A stretch of 63,976 bases of DNA, filler included, from Folioceros fuciformis (Eukaryota): NCBI GenBank assembly GCA_049999805.1. It is 23 parts of 23 records of this genome, joined end to end, with 100 filler letters (N's around TTAATTAATTAA, not from the genome) between each part and the next. Parts side by side here need not be neighbours in the genome. Positions count along the whole stretch, not along the records: positions 34,284 to 39,886 come from JBNGIO010006923.1; positions 39,987 to 44,507 come from JBNGIO010006924.1; positions 44,608 to 47,806 come from JBNGIO010006925.1; positions 47,907 to 49,704 come from JBNGIO010006926.1; positions 49,805 to 51,492 come from JBNGIO010006927.1; positions 51,593 to 55,848 come from JBNGIO010006928.1; 17 more parts are not named here. One strand, written 5' to 3'. This document shows, piece by piece, positions 39,016 through 51,926 of this stretch. Under the pieces are notes generated by a model that worked only from the letters and a program-made list of their open reading frames with translations, searched no databases and was not told where the DNA came from. The translations under genes and the position numbers were made by a program. Each line of letters opens with the position of its first letter. Position 1 is the first letter of the stretch.

Positions 39016-40597
39016 GGTTACGCCTTAAACTGCAGACAGCACCAGAGTCCATATACTCAGCAATGAGCCAAATCTCTCATCTCCACTCGTCCGGCCCTTC
39101 CTCAAATCCTCACCGACCACAATGGGAGGAAGCTATCCCAATCCAAACTCGACCCCTGCAGCTACACCAGCCTTCCTATGTTCCAAAACCAATCCCACGT
39201 TCCTGAAAGCAGCTCATATCGCCACTCTGCATCCATTTCCAACATACGTCCGCTCAGATCAGGCCACCGAGGCACCGCAACCAGCTTCCAGATGCCGCAC
39301 CGATCTGAGACACTCTAGCCTGGCTTCATATTCCCTTAAGTTCCCTCGCTGCTCTCTGACATAGAACCGAGTCAATCCCGTATCACACGTGGTCTACACA
39401 CGGAAACATTCCACTCAGAACCTCCCTCCATCCAGGGGCGACAACAGCCATCGCCTAACGGGGCCGGCATTATCACCGCTCCAAACCCGCTGCAATTCCT
39501 GCAGATCCGATCGCCAAACCTGCTGCAAAACCGCACACCTCAGCCTCGAAAACAAATTCCACAGCTCCGTATCACGGCACCCGGCCTCACAACGGGGGAA
39601 GCGCACATGGAATTCCCGTCACAGTCAACCTCATCCCGTCTCCATCTCCAGTACAGCGGCGACTCAAGTCACGAGGTGAAAGGACACCGAATTGGCAGCA
39701 GATGCCGCCGGCTTGCCGCAGCCTGAACACGGATCGGGCTTCCATACGCGTTAGGAGCTGCACGGCAGGATTAGTGCTGGGGCAATGAGCTAGTGGTCGT
39801 CTCCAAACATGAGACTGTTGAAGCGTCCTCGCTCTCGGGAGCTGAAGGCCGCCTCCGCCCGCCTCGGTAATGCCTGGGCAGGTGTGNNNNNNNNNNNNNN
39901 NNNNNNNNNNNNNNNNNNNNNNNNNNNNNNTTAATTAATTAANNNNNNNNNNNNNNNNNNNNNNNNNNNNNNNNNNNNNNNNNNNNGGGGGGAGGCCCAC
40001 GCTGATGAGAGGCAACACAGGATTGACAGCCACGGGTCCCGGGACAGCCGCCCACGCGGTTGCTTCACGAGACCACGCTCCAACCCAAGTACACAACATA
40101 GAGCAGTTTCGCGGACACAGTCCCGCACCGCCGCAGTCGCGGTCCCTCGCGCAGTCCGCTGCTCGGTTTGAATTCCTGCCGTTTGCCCATGCCGCCGCCA
40201 ACTGCCGGTGTCCGCCACGTCACGTGAGCTTTCCCCAGGCCAGCAGCGGCCCGTACGCGCTCGCGCCTACCGGGAGCGGGCCCCACGCGGTTTGGGCTTT
40301 TCCGCTGAGCATACACATTGGACCAGGTGGAGGACACATGTGCACCAGTGACGTGCGCGGTAGCAGCCGGGGTCCGCGGAGGACGGGGGAAGCCGGACAG
40401 TCGGATGAGCCGGCTTTCACCCTTGTGTGCTGTTGGGAAAGGGTCCGAACGGGAGAGAGAGGAAGCTACATATGTACAAACCACGCACAGCTGGTCATGT
40501 CCATGTCCATCCACACACGGATGCAAGGTGATGAGAGCTATACGATACTGGGACACGCAACATGCCTCGGGGATAGGATGGGGAAGAAGGCGTGGCG

Positions 40598-42809
40598 TCA
40601 CCGTCTCATGAGGCGGGCTTGGATGGCCTTGAACTGTGCGTGGGACTGGGCGAGGCATTCCACGCTCTTGCGCACGCTGGTGCACATGCTTTCCAAGGGG
40701 AGGACGGAAAAGGGTTCTTCGATGAGCACTCCCACCTACACGACAAAGTACAGCACCGAGTTGGGTTGCGTACAGTACTGGGAACGGAAGGCAATGGAAG
40801 GAAAAGGAAGGGGAGGGAAGCGTGATTCACTGTGTCAATGACACATCTGGTTTATGGCAGCATAATGTAATACAGCTTGTAAAGTGACGAGAAGGAGAGG
40901 GGTGAGGGATGCCACCTCGTCGATGAAGAACAGGGCCGTGGAGCTGAGGAAGGTGGCGGGCACAACTGTCCATCCGCACTGATCCCACAGTGCCAGTGGG
41001 AGTACCACATGCCAAAACACCAAGAAGAGGGATGTCAACCTTGTGTAGGATACAGGGACAGGTGTACGAAAAATGCGCTCGCATGCCCCCAAGTTGTCAT
41101 GCAATTGTGTTACGTTGCCATCCTACAAGGACGGGGTGGTAGCTATGTAAGTGGGTGGTTAGGAGGCAGATGACAGACTGCGACCTGCAACAGATACTGT
41201 CCATTCTATCCAAATCCGACGCAACTAGTGTACTGTTAAACTGGTGCGAAAGGCAAACATGTGAGGGAGGGGAAGAGGAGGATGTTGTGCAGGGAGTGGG
41301 AGTTGGGGGGTTCGTACCCCTCCCTGCAGCTACCTGCACTCATGAACAACTGACCATTAAAGCTAACTTCATGTCGCTTAATTGGCAGCTTTGGATGAGT
41401 CCTGATACCATCTGCAGCACATGGTTTGGCCGGTGAGGGGATGCCAGCAACGAGGCCAACTCATCCTCGTCCAGCAGGTTCAGGAGCTCTTCCTCCAGCT
41501 TATCCCCTGGCAGCAGCTGGTGTTTCAGGCACACGGGGAACGCCACCTGCGGGCCATTCACAGGAGGTTGAGGGTTACGTAAGAGGCGTACGTGTGATAT
41601 TCCAGGGCTGGTACTCGGAGAAGAGAAGGCAGCAGTATAATTCTCATCATCACAAAGCTTGTTTATTTGCTTGCTTGCTCGCTGAGATGTGAGATGATGC
41701 GTTATACTGCAGCCCTGGAATCACAGGCTGCCCTTCCTTGTCAGACACTGTGGACTTTATGACATTGGGGGGAGGAGAAGGTGACCAGGTCTGACAATGT
41801 AATCCAGGAGGCGCTGAAGAGAGTCCTGGCGTTCCGCGTCGTTGATCCAAGACAGAGCCTGCCTCGCCAGATCTCTGCTCCTGTTGACATTGGAGCCCCA
41901 GGCTTTCCTTGCCTCATCAAACCTGCCGTAGCACGCGTTGGTCCGGAACACCAGCAGCAGCGCCAGCGCCGGGGCTGTGAACTGGAAGGGAAGGGCGGAG
42001 ATGTGCAGAACCGGGATCCAGGCGGGAACCACTGACACTGCGCAATTGAAGGCAGCCACCGCTGCGGCAATCAGTGTCAGGGCCAGCACCGGAGCTCTGA
42101 GAGAGAGCAACACCCTGGAGGAGGAGGCGCAGAAGAGGTAGCGGACATGGCGGCTGCTGCTCCTGTGCCTGCTCCACTCATCGTGATCGTAAACTGTCTG
42201 CAACGACGACTGCATCATGCGCTCTGCAACCGTCTTCTTCCTCCCGAACCCTTGCTTCTGTTCTGGAGGAACGATTGCAGCCCCGGCAGCGGGAACGTCC
42301 TTGTCCCAGAATGCATCCGACCCACATTCTTGCTCTGAATGCGGCTCCGACGAAACCGCACACCGATATTTCTTGGGCTTCGATCCCTTGCCGAGCTCTT
42401 GCGGGAAGGCCCGTTGCCACTCCTGGCTGGACTTGAAGAGGCCGGGGGCGTCCTCCAACTGCCGCTGGGGCCTCATCGGCCGGGTGTGGAATAATGGCGT
42501 TCCCAGTGCCATGTCCTCTGCAGTTCAATCCCACACAAGAACCGTGTTACCACCCACCGCAATGTACATCGTCGCCGTCGCAATTGAGACCGGAATCTCA
42601 CCATCGATGGCTTTCCCGGGCCGCCACGAGGCACTCAACCGCCGGGTCTTTCTCCTGAGAATGGGAATCACTGGCCACACCACAGGATCGTCTTTTCGTG
42701 GCAGTGTCATGGTCTCGGGACTCGGTGTCTCCCGCTCTGGAATGGCACCGGGATGCACAGCAGCCCTAATTCTCGGGGTTAGCATTCGACCACGACCAGA
42801 AGCTTCTTC
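40598..42809 (-). CDS. bestrophin-like (UPF0187; BST/VCCN) anion channel, multi-exon; true start may lie further upstream
   Basis: LALLLVFRTNACYGRFDEARKAWG, PHRPN, GACERIFRTPVPVSYTRLT, IDEVGVLIEEPF; in-frame upstream exon via intron about 42601-42518. Confidence 0.92.
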
Positions 42810-43540
42810 TGTAGCAGCAGTGTTTGCCCAACTTTACGGCACATTATAGACATTGGAGATGAGCCTGCTTTTTCTGGGACAATCCCAAGGGGATTTGGAC
42901 CACACAGAAAACGATGTACATATTCCTGGGTGACGAGACTTGTTTGACTGGGCGTGGGCGTGGCTGGCCTTTGCACCACCGGAAAGAAGCAAACAGAAAA
43001 GGCAGAAACGGCACATGTCATTACTTTGCATTTCATGTCGGAAACAGATAGCACAGGCTGTAAAACTTGATTCCCGTGGAGTGCGGTAGGCATTCTTCGG
43101 GAGGACACGACAAAGGAACACATCAGTCCAGCAGCCCCGAGATGGAAGGAAGCGGAACAGAGCAAGCGAGAGAGAGCCCTAGTAAATACATGTGTTAGTG
43201 GGACGGTGTAAAAGCCTGGGCTACCAGCAGAAGATGAATGGAGAAATGTTGGCTCCAACCCAAATCCGTCACCGCAGGCCCCAGAACACAGCTACGACTG
43301 CTACTACTAGAAACGAATCCCAACCCACCACGCCACCATGGCTGCTATTCAATAGCTAACAGCTCAGGAAGCGAAAGAATTTGAAAATTGTGTCCTCGCC
43401 TGTTCTTTTTTTGGTTTGTCTCCCTTGTCCACTTCAGGTGGTGCTGTACGTAGTATAGCAGCTTGCCTGGAGAGTATGCCTTTTTTTGGTCTCCAAAGAG
43501 GGAAGCAGGGTTCCCAAACTCGCAACTTCTGCCTCCAGCA

Positions 43541-44440
43541 CTAGCTGGAATCGCAATTCCACTTAGATGTGGGCACGCAGGACAGGTAATGACACCACTT
43601 GCAGCCCTTGTTCGGATTCACGCCCTTGAATAAAAGAACAATAGCTGCAGCATACCCGGCCACGAGAAGCACGGCGGCCAAAATCCACAGAGCGTACTGG
43701 TACCTCTTGTGCTTGGGCTTCACAGGCTCTCCGGGCGCAGCGTCGCGCTTGTGCACCCACCCGAACTGAGGCCGGACAAGCAACACGAAGCCGAGCAGAA
43801 ATCCGGACAGGAAACCTCCGAGATGCGCGAAATTGTCCACACGAGGCATTAGCCCGAACGCAAGGTTGACGAGGATGACGAAGAGCAGGGCGCAGAGAGC
43901 GGTGCAGCGGCGCGTATAGATAGACCAATTCACCAACAGCTCCGCAAGCGTAGCCCCCAGCAGACCGAACAAAGCACCCGACGCTCCCACCGAGATCAAT
44001 GTCCGACTGAAGAGCGCCGACAGCAGACTGCCTCCGAAGCCGGACAAGAGGTAGATCAACCCTATCCTGACGAAACCAAACTCCTGCTCCAGCCGGAGCC
44101 CGATGAACAACAAGCCGAGCATATTAGCCAGCAAGTGGAACAGCCCCGCGTGCAACCACATGCAAGTGATGAGCCGCCATCCCCGATGCCGATAAACCAC
44201 CAACTGCGTGTCCAGCGCTCCAAGGCTGAGCAGTGTGTCCGAAGACGGCCCTAAAAGAGGATTCTCCCGCCACGGCTGGAAAGCCAACCTCTTCAACCAT
44301 CTGGCGATGCATCCATTAGCCGAGTTCACCGGGCAATCGTTCTTGTACATGGTGACCATAAACATAACAACGTTGGCCAGCACAAGCACCGGAACCAGCC
44401 ACGTCCGCCAGTACTCCGTCGCCTTCTTGCTGGCAGCCAT
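43541..44440 (-). CDS. RBL: rhomboid-like intramembrane serine protease (RBL1-7 type), intronless, 299 aa
   Basis: ENPLLGPS, GWRLITCMWLHAG..HL..N, catalytic GASG and DNFAHLGG, C-terminal C.WCHYLSCVPT..W.C. Confidence 0.96.
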   Translation of the reverse strand: MAASKKATEYWRTWLVPVLVLANVVMFMVTMYKNDCPVNSANGCIARWLKRLAFQPWRENPLLGPSSDTLLSLGALDTQLVVYRHRGWRLITCMWLHAGLFHLLANMLGLLFIGLRLEQEFGFVRIGLIYLLSGFGGSLLSALFSRTLISVGASGALFGLLGATLAELLVNWSIYTRRCTALCALLFVILVNLAFGLMPRVDNFAHLGGFLSGFLLGFVLLVRPQFGWVHKRDAAPGEPVKPKHKRYQYALWILAAVLLVAGYAAAIVLLFKGVNPNKGCKWCHYLSCVPTSKWNCDSS

Positions 44441-45013
44441 GGTCTCCGCCGACCCCTGCGGCGGAGGAGACAGCGGGTAAACACCGTTCCCCTTCCCTCT
44501 CTTCTTCNNNNNNNNNNNNNNNNNNNNNNNNNNNNNNNNNNNNNNNNNNNNTTAATTAATTAANNNNNNNNNNNNNNNNNNNNNNNNNNNNNNNNNNNNN
44601 NNNNNNNATGTATACCACATAGCACACAGGGTTTGTCCACGACTGGGTTCAAATTGGACTGTAAATTGCGCTACCCGGCTATTTATGTACATCCTCAACA
44701 ACGGAATGTTTTGGCTGGCCTGATACATGGACTTCGCGATTGGAAGTGGCAGTCAGCTGGCAGCTTGCTCGATGGAGCGTGAAAGCTGCGCACACTGGTG
44801 GCCGGATGGGCAGAGGCAGTCTACTGCAGCGGCAGCGGCCGCTGTACATCTCTTCTCCGTTACATGCAACAGAATGCTGCATGAGGGGAGTGAATATGGC
44901 CATCTCCGGCTCCCGGCCGCGGCTGGCTACATATGACAAGGTGGGAGGCAGGAGCAGCATTGACAAAAGGACTGCGGGAAAGAGAGCCTCGGAAGGTGTC
45001 GGAGTCCATCAAC

Positions 45014-46598
45014 ATGGCCAAGTTGCTGGTGTGCTTGAGCTTGCTCCTGGCGTGCTTGAGCTTGGTGGCACTGGGAGCCTGGGCAGCTCCTTCGAATTCC
45101 AATGAATACTCCGAGCGAGAGCTGACGCTGCGGCCGCCCAAGGAGGCCGAGATCAAGTCAGATGGCGGGCAGGTGGAGGTGTGGACTACGGCCGGCGACG
45201 AGCCCCTGAAGCATGTCCGTCTGGGGTTTGCTCGGATTAGAGTCAAGGAGCGCGGCCTCGTTCTGCCCAAGTACGCCGATTCCTCTTTCCTCGGCTACGT
45301 GCTGCAAGGAGAGGGAGTCGCTGGCCTCGTGTCGGGATACTCCTTGTCGGAGACGGCCAGGCGGCTGAAGCGCGGCGACGTCATCAGCATCCCTTACGGC
45401 GCGCCGTACTGGATCTACAACAGCGGGAAGGAGGAGCTTGAGATCGTGGCCATTTCTGACTCCTCCAGGGCAGCCACTCCTGGGGAATACACGGTGCGAG
45501 GGGATCCCGCGCGTGGATGTCGGGAATTTGGTGACTGTGTATGCTGGGAGTGTTAGGTTTGATTTGATTGCGTGTGTTGCAGGCCTTTCATCTGGCGGGA
45601 GCGAAAGAGGATCGCTTAGGGGCCGTGTTGCACGGCTTCAGCAAACGGTTGCTGGCGGACGCGTGGGACGTGAAGGTGGATAGGGTGGAGAAGCTGCTGG
45701 CTAGGCAGCCGGGAGTGGGGATTGTGCGCGTGGAGAAGGATCTGGGGATCAACCCCAGCGATGAGGCCGCGGATGAGGCCGAGTCCCAGAACGGCGGGCG
45801 GCGCCAGGACGAGTTCGTCTTCAGCTTGCGCGATTCCGCACCTGAAGTGAGCGTGAAGAACGGGGGCCAGCTCTTCTCCGTGAACCGCTTCAAGCTTCCT
45901 CTGCTGGAGAGGACCCGTCTTGGTGCCAACTACAACAGGCTGGAGCCGGTGAGCGTCTGCACCGCCAATTGTGGTTTATCTTCAACTCTCCATCTCAGAC
46001 TGACTGTCGTGTTTGTCGTCTTGAATTGTGCACTTTGACTCTGCAGAGAGCCTTGAGTGCGCCGTCCTGGTTCCCCAACGCGGATCACGTCGTCTACTTC
46101 ACCAAGGGCTCCGGTCGTCTGGAGATTGTGAGCCACGACGGGAGGAGGCTCCTCGAAGCCGAAGTCAAGGAGGGTGAAGCTTATTTCCAGCCGCAATTCT
46201 TTGCGTCCATCAAAGCGGCGGGCGACGAAGGCCTGGAATGGATCGCTTTGTTCAATCACGATCTGTACGACGACAGCTCATACTTTTTCTTTCCTTGATC
46301 AATCCAATGCGTACCAGTTCCCCTTCCTGACTTGCAAGACTTTACCTCATTGTGTTGCAGGCCAATTCCCGAGGCGCTGGCCGGAAGCACATCGGTCTAC
46401 AAGCACATTCCACTTGAGGTGGTGGCAGCAGCCTTCAATATCGACGAAGACCTGGAGCTCGAGTTCCGCGATCGCCGCCGCCAACAGTCTCTCATCCTCC
46501 CTCCCCCCGAAGAGGAGGCCGAAGATGTGGACAGCGCCGTTCGTGAGAAAATTGAGGAAATGATAGCCAATTTTGTGAAGTCGGAAAACACCAACTGA
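45014..46598 (+). CDS. secreted bicupin, 11S globulin/legumin-like; 4 exons
   Basis: Signal peptide MAKLLVCLSLLLACLSLVALG, GLVLPKYADS..GYVLQGEG, LKRGDVISIPYG.PYWIYN, FHLAG, APSWFPNADHVVYFTKGSGR, LAGSTSVY. Confidence 0.9.
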
Positions 46599-46974
46599 AA
46601 TCAGCCAGGCACCATGCATTCAGACTTTGGAAACTAGTCCGACAAAATAAATACTTTAATTGACCTCTATAAGTCTACATCTTTTCACTTCCTTTTCTTT
46701 TACGTGAATAATAGTCACAACACACTGTTTACATCCAACACTGGATAAAATACATGTTATGAGTCGATACGAGATCCCACTATATTCCAAGCACAAAAAC
46801 ATCCTCTCCACGCACGAAAACGTTCGCATGCGCAATGTAAGAAATCGCATCTTACCCACGTGCGTAAGGAACCTGTTCAAAATCTTCATCCCACGCTAAT
46901 CACTTGAAAGCACAAAGAGCTGGCGCCACCCCCTTGAATCCTTGCAATCCCACATCAAGACCTACCCTCGCCAT

Positions 46975-47806
46975 CTAGATCCCCGACCCTACCTCTATAT
47001 CTCCCCTAGTGGGAGTGGGAGAGATCCAACTGCCAGCCCCGTCAGTCCTGTTGTTTTCATCCATTGTTCTCAAGGGAGCCAAAGTAGCGCGATATATAAA
47101 CGCAGTACCACCTGGCAACACACAAACGGTGTGTCACACTTGGCACCATCCGCCACGAAAAACCCAAGTGTAGCAGCACCCAGTCAAAAGAACGCTGAAA
47201 CAGGGGGACTCACAATCTATGGAGGTTACGGGAGGAAAATGTTGATGATACACGATAGTTGCAACCGATAGACCTGCACATTCCGCATGACCAATCAGAA
47301 GTTGTCCATAGTTTTTCTCCAGTGCCTCAAGATAAACCTACGTGGCAGCCCTTACCAAGCAGTCCTCCCACCAGCACGTCTTGCCAATGGTGCCAATAGT
47401 CAGCCACTCGAGAAGCCGCAACCAACGAGGCCATTAACAGCGGGAGCAAAACAATCGGCAACTTGAAGGTGTGGCCCTGCTTGTCATAAACAGCTAACTT
47501 TCCTGCCAAGTACCAGGACAGATAGCCAAGGCCTGCGAACGACCCTGAAAGCAGAACACGAACTATCAGCTGCAGACGTTATTGCTTCTCAAACAGAACA
47601 CTCATATCATACTCGGAGCATGCACGATAGCTGAGCTTGCACCTTCAATCTAACCCCATCACCATTCCCTAAGCTTGAAAAACTGTGGTACACCAGTTGA
47701 ACACATGATCAGAGGCATGCAATCAGCACACAAAACTTCACCCTCAGGACCTAAGAAAAACTTACAAGAGGTATGGCCGCTTGGAAAGCTTTTGTAGCCT
47801 TCTTTG
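46975..47806 (-). CDS. LPP: lipid phosphate phosphatase (PAP2/LPP), 3' exons
   Basis: [44 protein letters not shown]; stop at 46975. Confidence 0.93.
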
Positions 47807-48779
47807 NNNNNNNNNNNNNNNNNNNNNNNNNNNNNNNNNNNNNNNNNNNNTTAATTAATTAANNNNNNNNNNNNNNNNNNNNNNNNNNNNNNNNNNNNNN
47901 NNNNNNCTCCTCCTTTACCCTCTGTCACTGAGAGACCTTTCTCAGCAAGATACCTACGATTGACCGCCCTGTTCACCAGTCGAGCATAGCTTGGATCTCG
48001 CATGGCAATCTACGAGCCCAGATCGTCCTCAACAACCTCAACCTCCACAACCTCGGACTGTCTCAGAGCCCAGGTTGAGGAGAAACGGGACTGCCAAAAC
48101 CCAGCCTACCGCCTCGCCATCGGGCAGACAGCCTACACCGGGCTTGAGAATACCCTGAGGTGCGCCCGGCACCTCTTTTCTCACAAAGTCGGCAGATCTG
48201 ACGAGTATCTGGAGCCGGAAAGAGGGTTGGCCAAGGATCAAGGCTTCCTGCGGTTGCTATTACCCGTTTAAGGAATGTTGCCAAAACCAGGAGAGTTGTT
48301 TCCCTTTTCCTCTGCACTTATGCGAGGCGGATCGACCCTTCAGGCTCCCAAGGCAGCCGCACTCACGGACGTGTCCCACCTTCCTTTCACACCAACCACA
48401 ATGACACGATACCAAACCTCGCGCACAGCACAACGTCTAGGAGTTGAGCCCAGCAATGTCCATAGCCTACTCCAGTTTGCCTACAAGGGCATACAATATA
48501 GTCTTATGAGATGGGTCAGGCTTAAGGCTCTTTCGGTAATTTCCTATTACATATATACACAACCACGGGAATCGGGATTATCGTACTTTTGAGCCTCTAA
48601 GTAGGTCCATACCCCAACCCTTGCCTTGCCACGAGTTACCGTACCCGGGGTTACACAGTTCTCATCGGTAGGTCTGTCACGTGACCATGTGTACGTATTA
48701 TATTTTACTTTGCTTAACTTGGATTAGTTTTTTTTTTCAATCAAGTATCTATTAATCACATATTCTATTCTCCATTGGA

Positions 48780-49704
48780 ATGTAGTGATGATATCCTTTT
48801 TGTCAATATACTATATCTAACTTGACATCTACTTTCACGATCCCCTAACACCCATAATAGCATCACCATGTACATGTCATTTAATCACATTGTACTCATA
48901 GAGCTTAATAGTCAGCACATTATAACTAAGCTAAATATATGTGCATGCACTTTATCACTTTTGCCTAGTAAGATACCCCTAAGCTTGACTTCTAATGTGC
49001 TTAAGTATAGTACTAGTTTCAGCTTATGGGTCCCTCCTACTTTTGCCAACATATCATTTATATGTAGAGTAAGGCATAGCTCATTGTATAGACAATTTCT
49101 ATCTCTAAATGTTTGGTTTGTAGTGAATCACAATAGTAATAAGTCTATGATCTCAAGGGCACAACGTCTAGCAAGTAGTCTAGATTTATGGCATGCTATT
49201 GTGTCATTCATCTTAAGCTTAGTCTTAAAGATCCATTAATTAGTTAGCTTACTACCAATTAGTAGATCAAAAAGCTCCCAAGTATTATGATGTCTCACCA
49301 AGTAAGACAGATCTTCGAGGGCATGTCCTAGAGATTATAGTGATCGATCATAAATTATCTCCATTGTTACAATCACTTGTATTCAAGAGATCAACATCTT
49401 TAACAACATTGTCTTCTTCACCTTATTCAAAAGTAAAAATGTTCAACTTCTCAATCTCTGTTTGAGTACAAGGCTCTATATCTCATGCTAGACATTGATG
49501 AAATAACACATGCTATTCAATATCCAAGTCTAGAAAGCTCAATTGAGGATGAGGCTAAGGTTACATTGGCAAAGTAGTATTGATCTCATACCTTATTCAC
49601 AAAAGAGTCATTCTTGGGTGATGCAAATTTTGTGAAGCAAACATTTCTAAACAAGGATTCTTAGAAGTAAGAAGACATGCAATTTTGTATGCCTTAGATT
49701 CTTC
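48780..49704 (-). mobile_element. highly decayed copia-like reverse transcriptase relic
   Basis: KLKMNDTIACHKSRLLARR resembles K..DG.I.RYKARLVARG; downstream VDVK; many stops; AT-rich. Confidence 0.45.
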
Positions 49705-50176
49705 NNNNNNNNNNNNNNNNNNNNNNNNNNNNNNNNNNNNNNNNNNNNTTAATTAATTAANNNNNNNNNNNNNNNNNNNNNNNNNNNNNNNNNNNNNNNN
49801 NNNNGGCAAAGCCAGGGAGGGGGTGGTGGCTCGCCGCTTTATCTGGATAAAGCCCTCTCAAGTAAGTTCCCTGGACAAGACACATGCACATGGTGGTAGC
49901 AGCACCATCGGCCCCCGCAACTTTTGGGTGCTGCAGCCAGCAGCAGCTATGTGTATGCGCTGCACAGCGCAGCGTGTGAAACGCGAGGTGATGGCTCTTC
50001 GTGCTTGTGTTTGATATATTTGTGGCGTGGTCGCCAAGCCATGCCAAGCCAAGCCCAAGCCTTTAATCCCTCCTAGCTATATAGCCAATGACAACTCCAA
50101 AGTGATGACGCATAGTGTGCCTGTAGGGGACCTCAGAGGGCCCAGGGCAAGCCTGCCGCTAACGGTACAATGTTGG

Positions 50177-50228
50177 GATGGATGGATGGATGGATGGATG
50201 GATGGATGGATGGATGGCTGGCTGGCTA
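50177..50228. repeat. (GGAT)n/(GGCT)n microsatellite
   Basis: Direct inspection. Confidence 0.9.
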
Positions 50229-51592
50229 GGGGACTGCAGGATGCCACGCCACGATTCTTCACGCCATGGCAATGGCAATGTCTATGGCACATGCGGATGT
50301 TGCCCAGCCTGGAAACGAAACTATAACGCCCCATGGCGCTGCCCAAGGACGTGAGACGCACATAGGCAGACCGGACTATATGGCGGTGGAAACAGATGAT
50401 GGTCGCGCGGCCCCTCCCTCCATCGTGTACTAATGAACTTGAAGGAAAGGAAGCTCCATGCCGTAAACTAGCGAAGCGTGCCTAGAGAGAGAGAGGGACT
50501 TCCCATTCCCGGCGTGCGTTTGGATTTGCGTTTGTGAGTGGGGGGATCACCCTGGGATGATGGGATGGGATCCCGAATGAAAAGGAGGGGTTCGCCCAAG
50601 CTGACCCCGCCACCTCCAGCTCTCTGCTATGAACTAAAAACAGGTGCAGCCTGCGGATTAAATGCCGCACCGCACACGCACACGCTCCCGCTCACGCTGA
50701 CGTGCCGTGCGACATCTCCAGGGCAACTCTCCGCTCGTTCAAGTAGAGCCAAGCCAAGCCTGCCGCCTAGCCTAGCCTAGCCTAGCCTAGACAAACCTGA
50801 AACCCCACCGGTAGCAGTTACTACGTACCACCAGGTGATGACACGACGTGCGACGTTCAATGCAGCGTTTTAATGGCTTCCCCTTCCCGTAAGCTTTTGT
50901 CTCATAAGAGCTTCTGATGGAGGAGGTCAGGGTCAAGATGGGACATGGAGGGAGTTATATACGTACGTGCCAGGCCTGTTTAACTTTACCCTGCCACCGC
51001 AGTGCACTGTTAGGGTAAAGTATGTTGCCCCTTGCGCGCTTGGGAACCTAAGTAAGTGCACATACATAACCTACACACTGTAATCCAAAACTAGGATTGC
51101 AGTGGTGCAGGCCAGACTTCCTGCAGGGGAAGCCTCATCAGTGGAAGCGGATGGCGATGCAGATCTGGCTGTTAGCAGTGCAAAAATAGCATACGCTGCA
51201 GGATGAGCATAATACTATGTCAAGGCACCCGTCACGCGGGGCTGCAGCCGGACGCCGGAACCTCCCAAGTTGGACCCACGCTACACCTCAACAGTGTTGC
51301 ACATATAATACGGCAGGAAAAGGCCCATGCCCAGGCCCCAGGCCCAGGCAACATGCATGCATGAATCGCGGATGTCCCCCCTCTGCCTTTGTGCCCTGTG
51401 TGGCCTCTGCCTTTTCCCTTGCCCGGGACCCCCAAATGCCTACAGTCAACGCCCTCTCCCCTCTGGAGTCTAGAGACCTTCATCTTCGGTGTNNNNNNNN
51501 NNNNNNNNNNNNNNNNNNNNNNNNNNNNNNNNNNNNTTAATTAATTAANNNNNNNNNNNNNNNNNNNNNNNNNNNNNNNNNNNNNNNNNNNN

Positions 51593-51926
51593 CGCTAACA
51601 ATCTGTGAGTTGATTCCGTTGTAACTCCGCTCCAAGTCCTTCAACGCTTCAAGCCTGGAGGCATCCACGTAGCTGGTCGGGTCGGGAGGATCTCCTTCGC
51701 GTTGTTCGATATGGTGCAAGTACTTGTCAATCACATAGTCCACATTCGGGCTGCCGTAGGAGAAGACCTTCCCTGCCTGCGAGAAGGTCACTAACGCAAT
51801 CTCCGCACCACACAAAATTGCGAGCTCATTCGCTTTCTTGAACAATCCTCCCCGTCTCTTGGAGAAGCATACTTGCCGCGAGGTGGGATCCGCGATCTTG
51901 GCTATTTCTATCTTCTTCCTTCCCAT
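51593..51926 (-). CDS. type I (M-alpha-like) MADS-box transcription factor, 3' truncated
   Basis: MGRKKIEI.KI....RQVCFSKRRGGLFKKANELAILCGAE..VTFSQAGKVFSYGSPNVD.VIDKYL; no intron after the MADS box. Confidence 0.9.

Noticed and set aside
40005-40841. 278-aa plus-strand ORF
   Set aside because: Spans G-box-containing promoter-like DNA and the antisense of the last bestrophin exon; no domain
47907-48592. Possible DIRS tyrosine-recombinase relic (SALMRGGST, ...YYI)
   Set aside because: Resemblance to the HSxRxGG motif is too weak
50983-51021. ACTTTACCCT...AGGGTAAAGT hairpin as a miRNA precursor
   Set aside because: Stem of only about 10 bp and no match to conserved miRNA families I recognise
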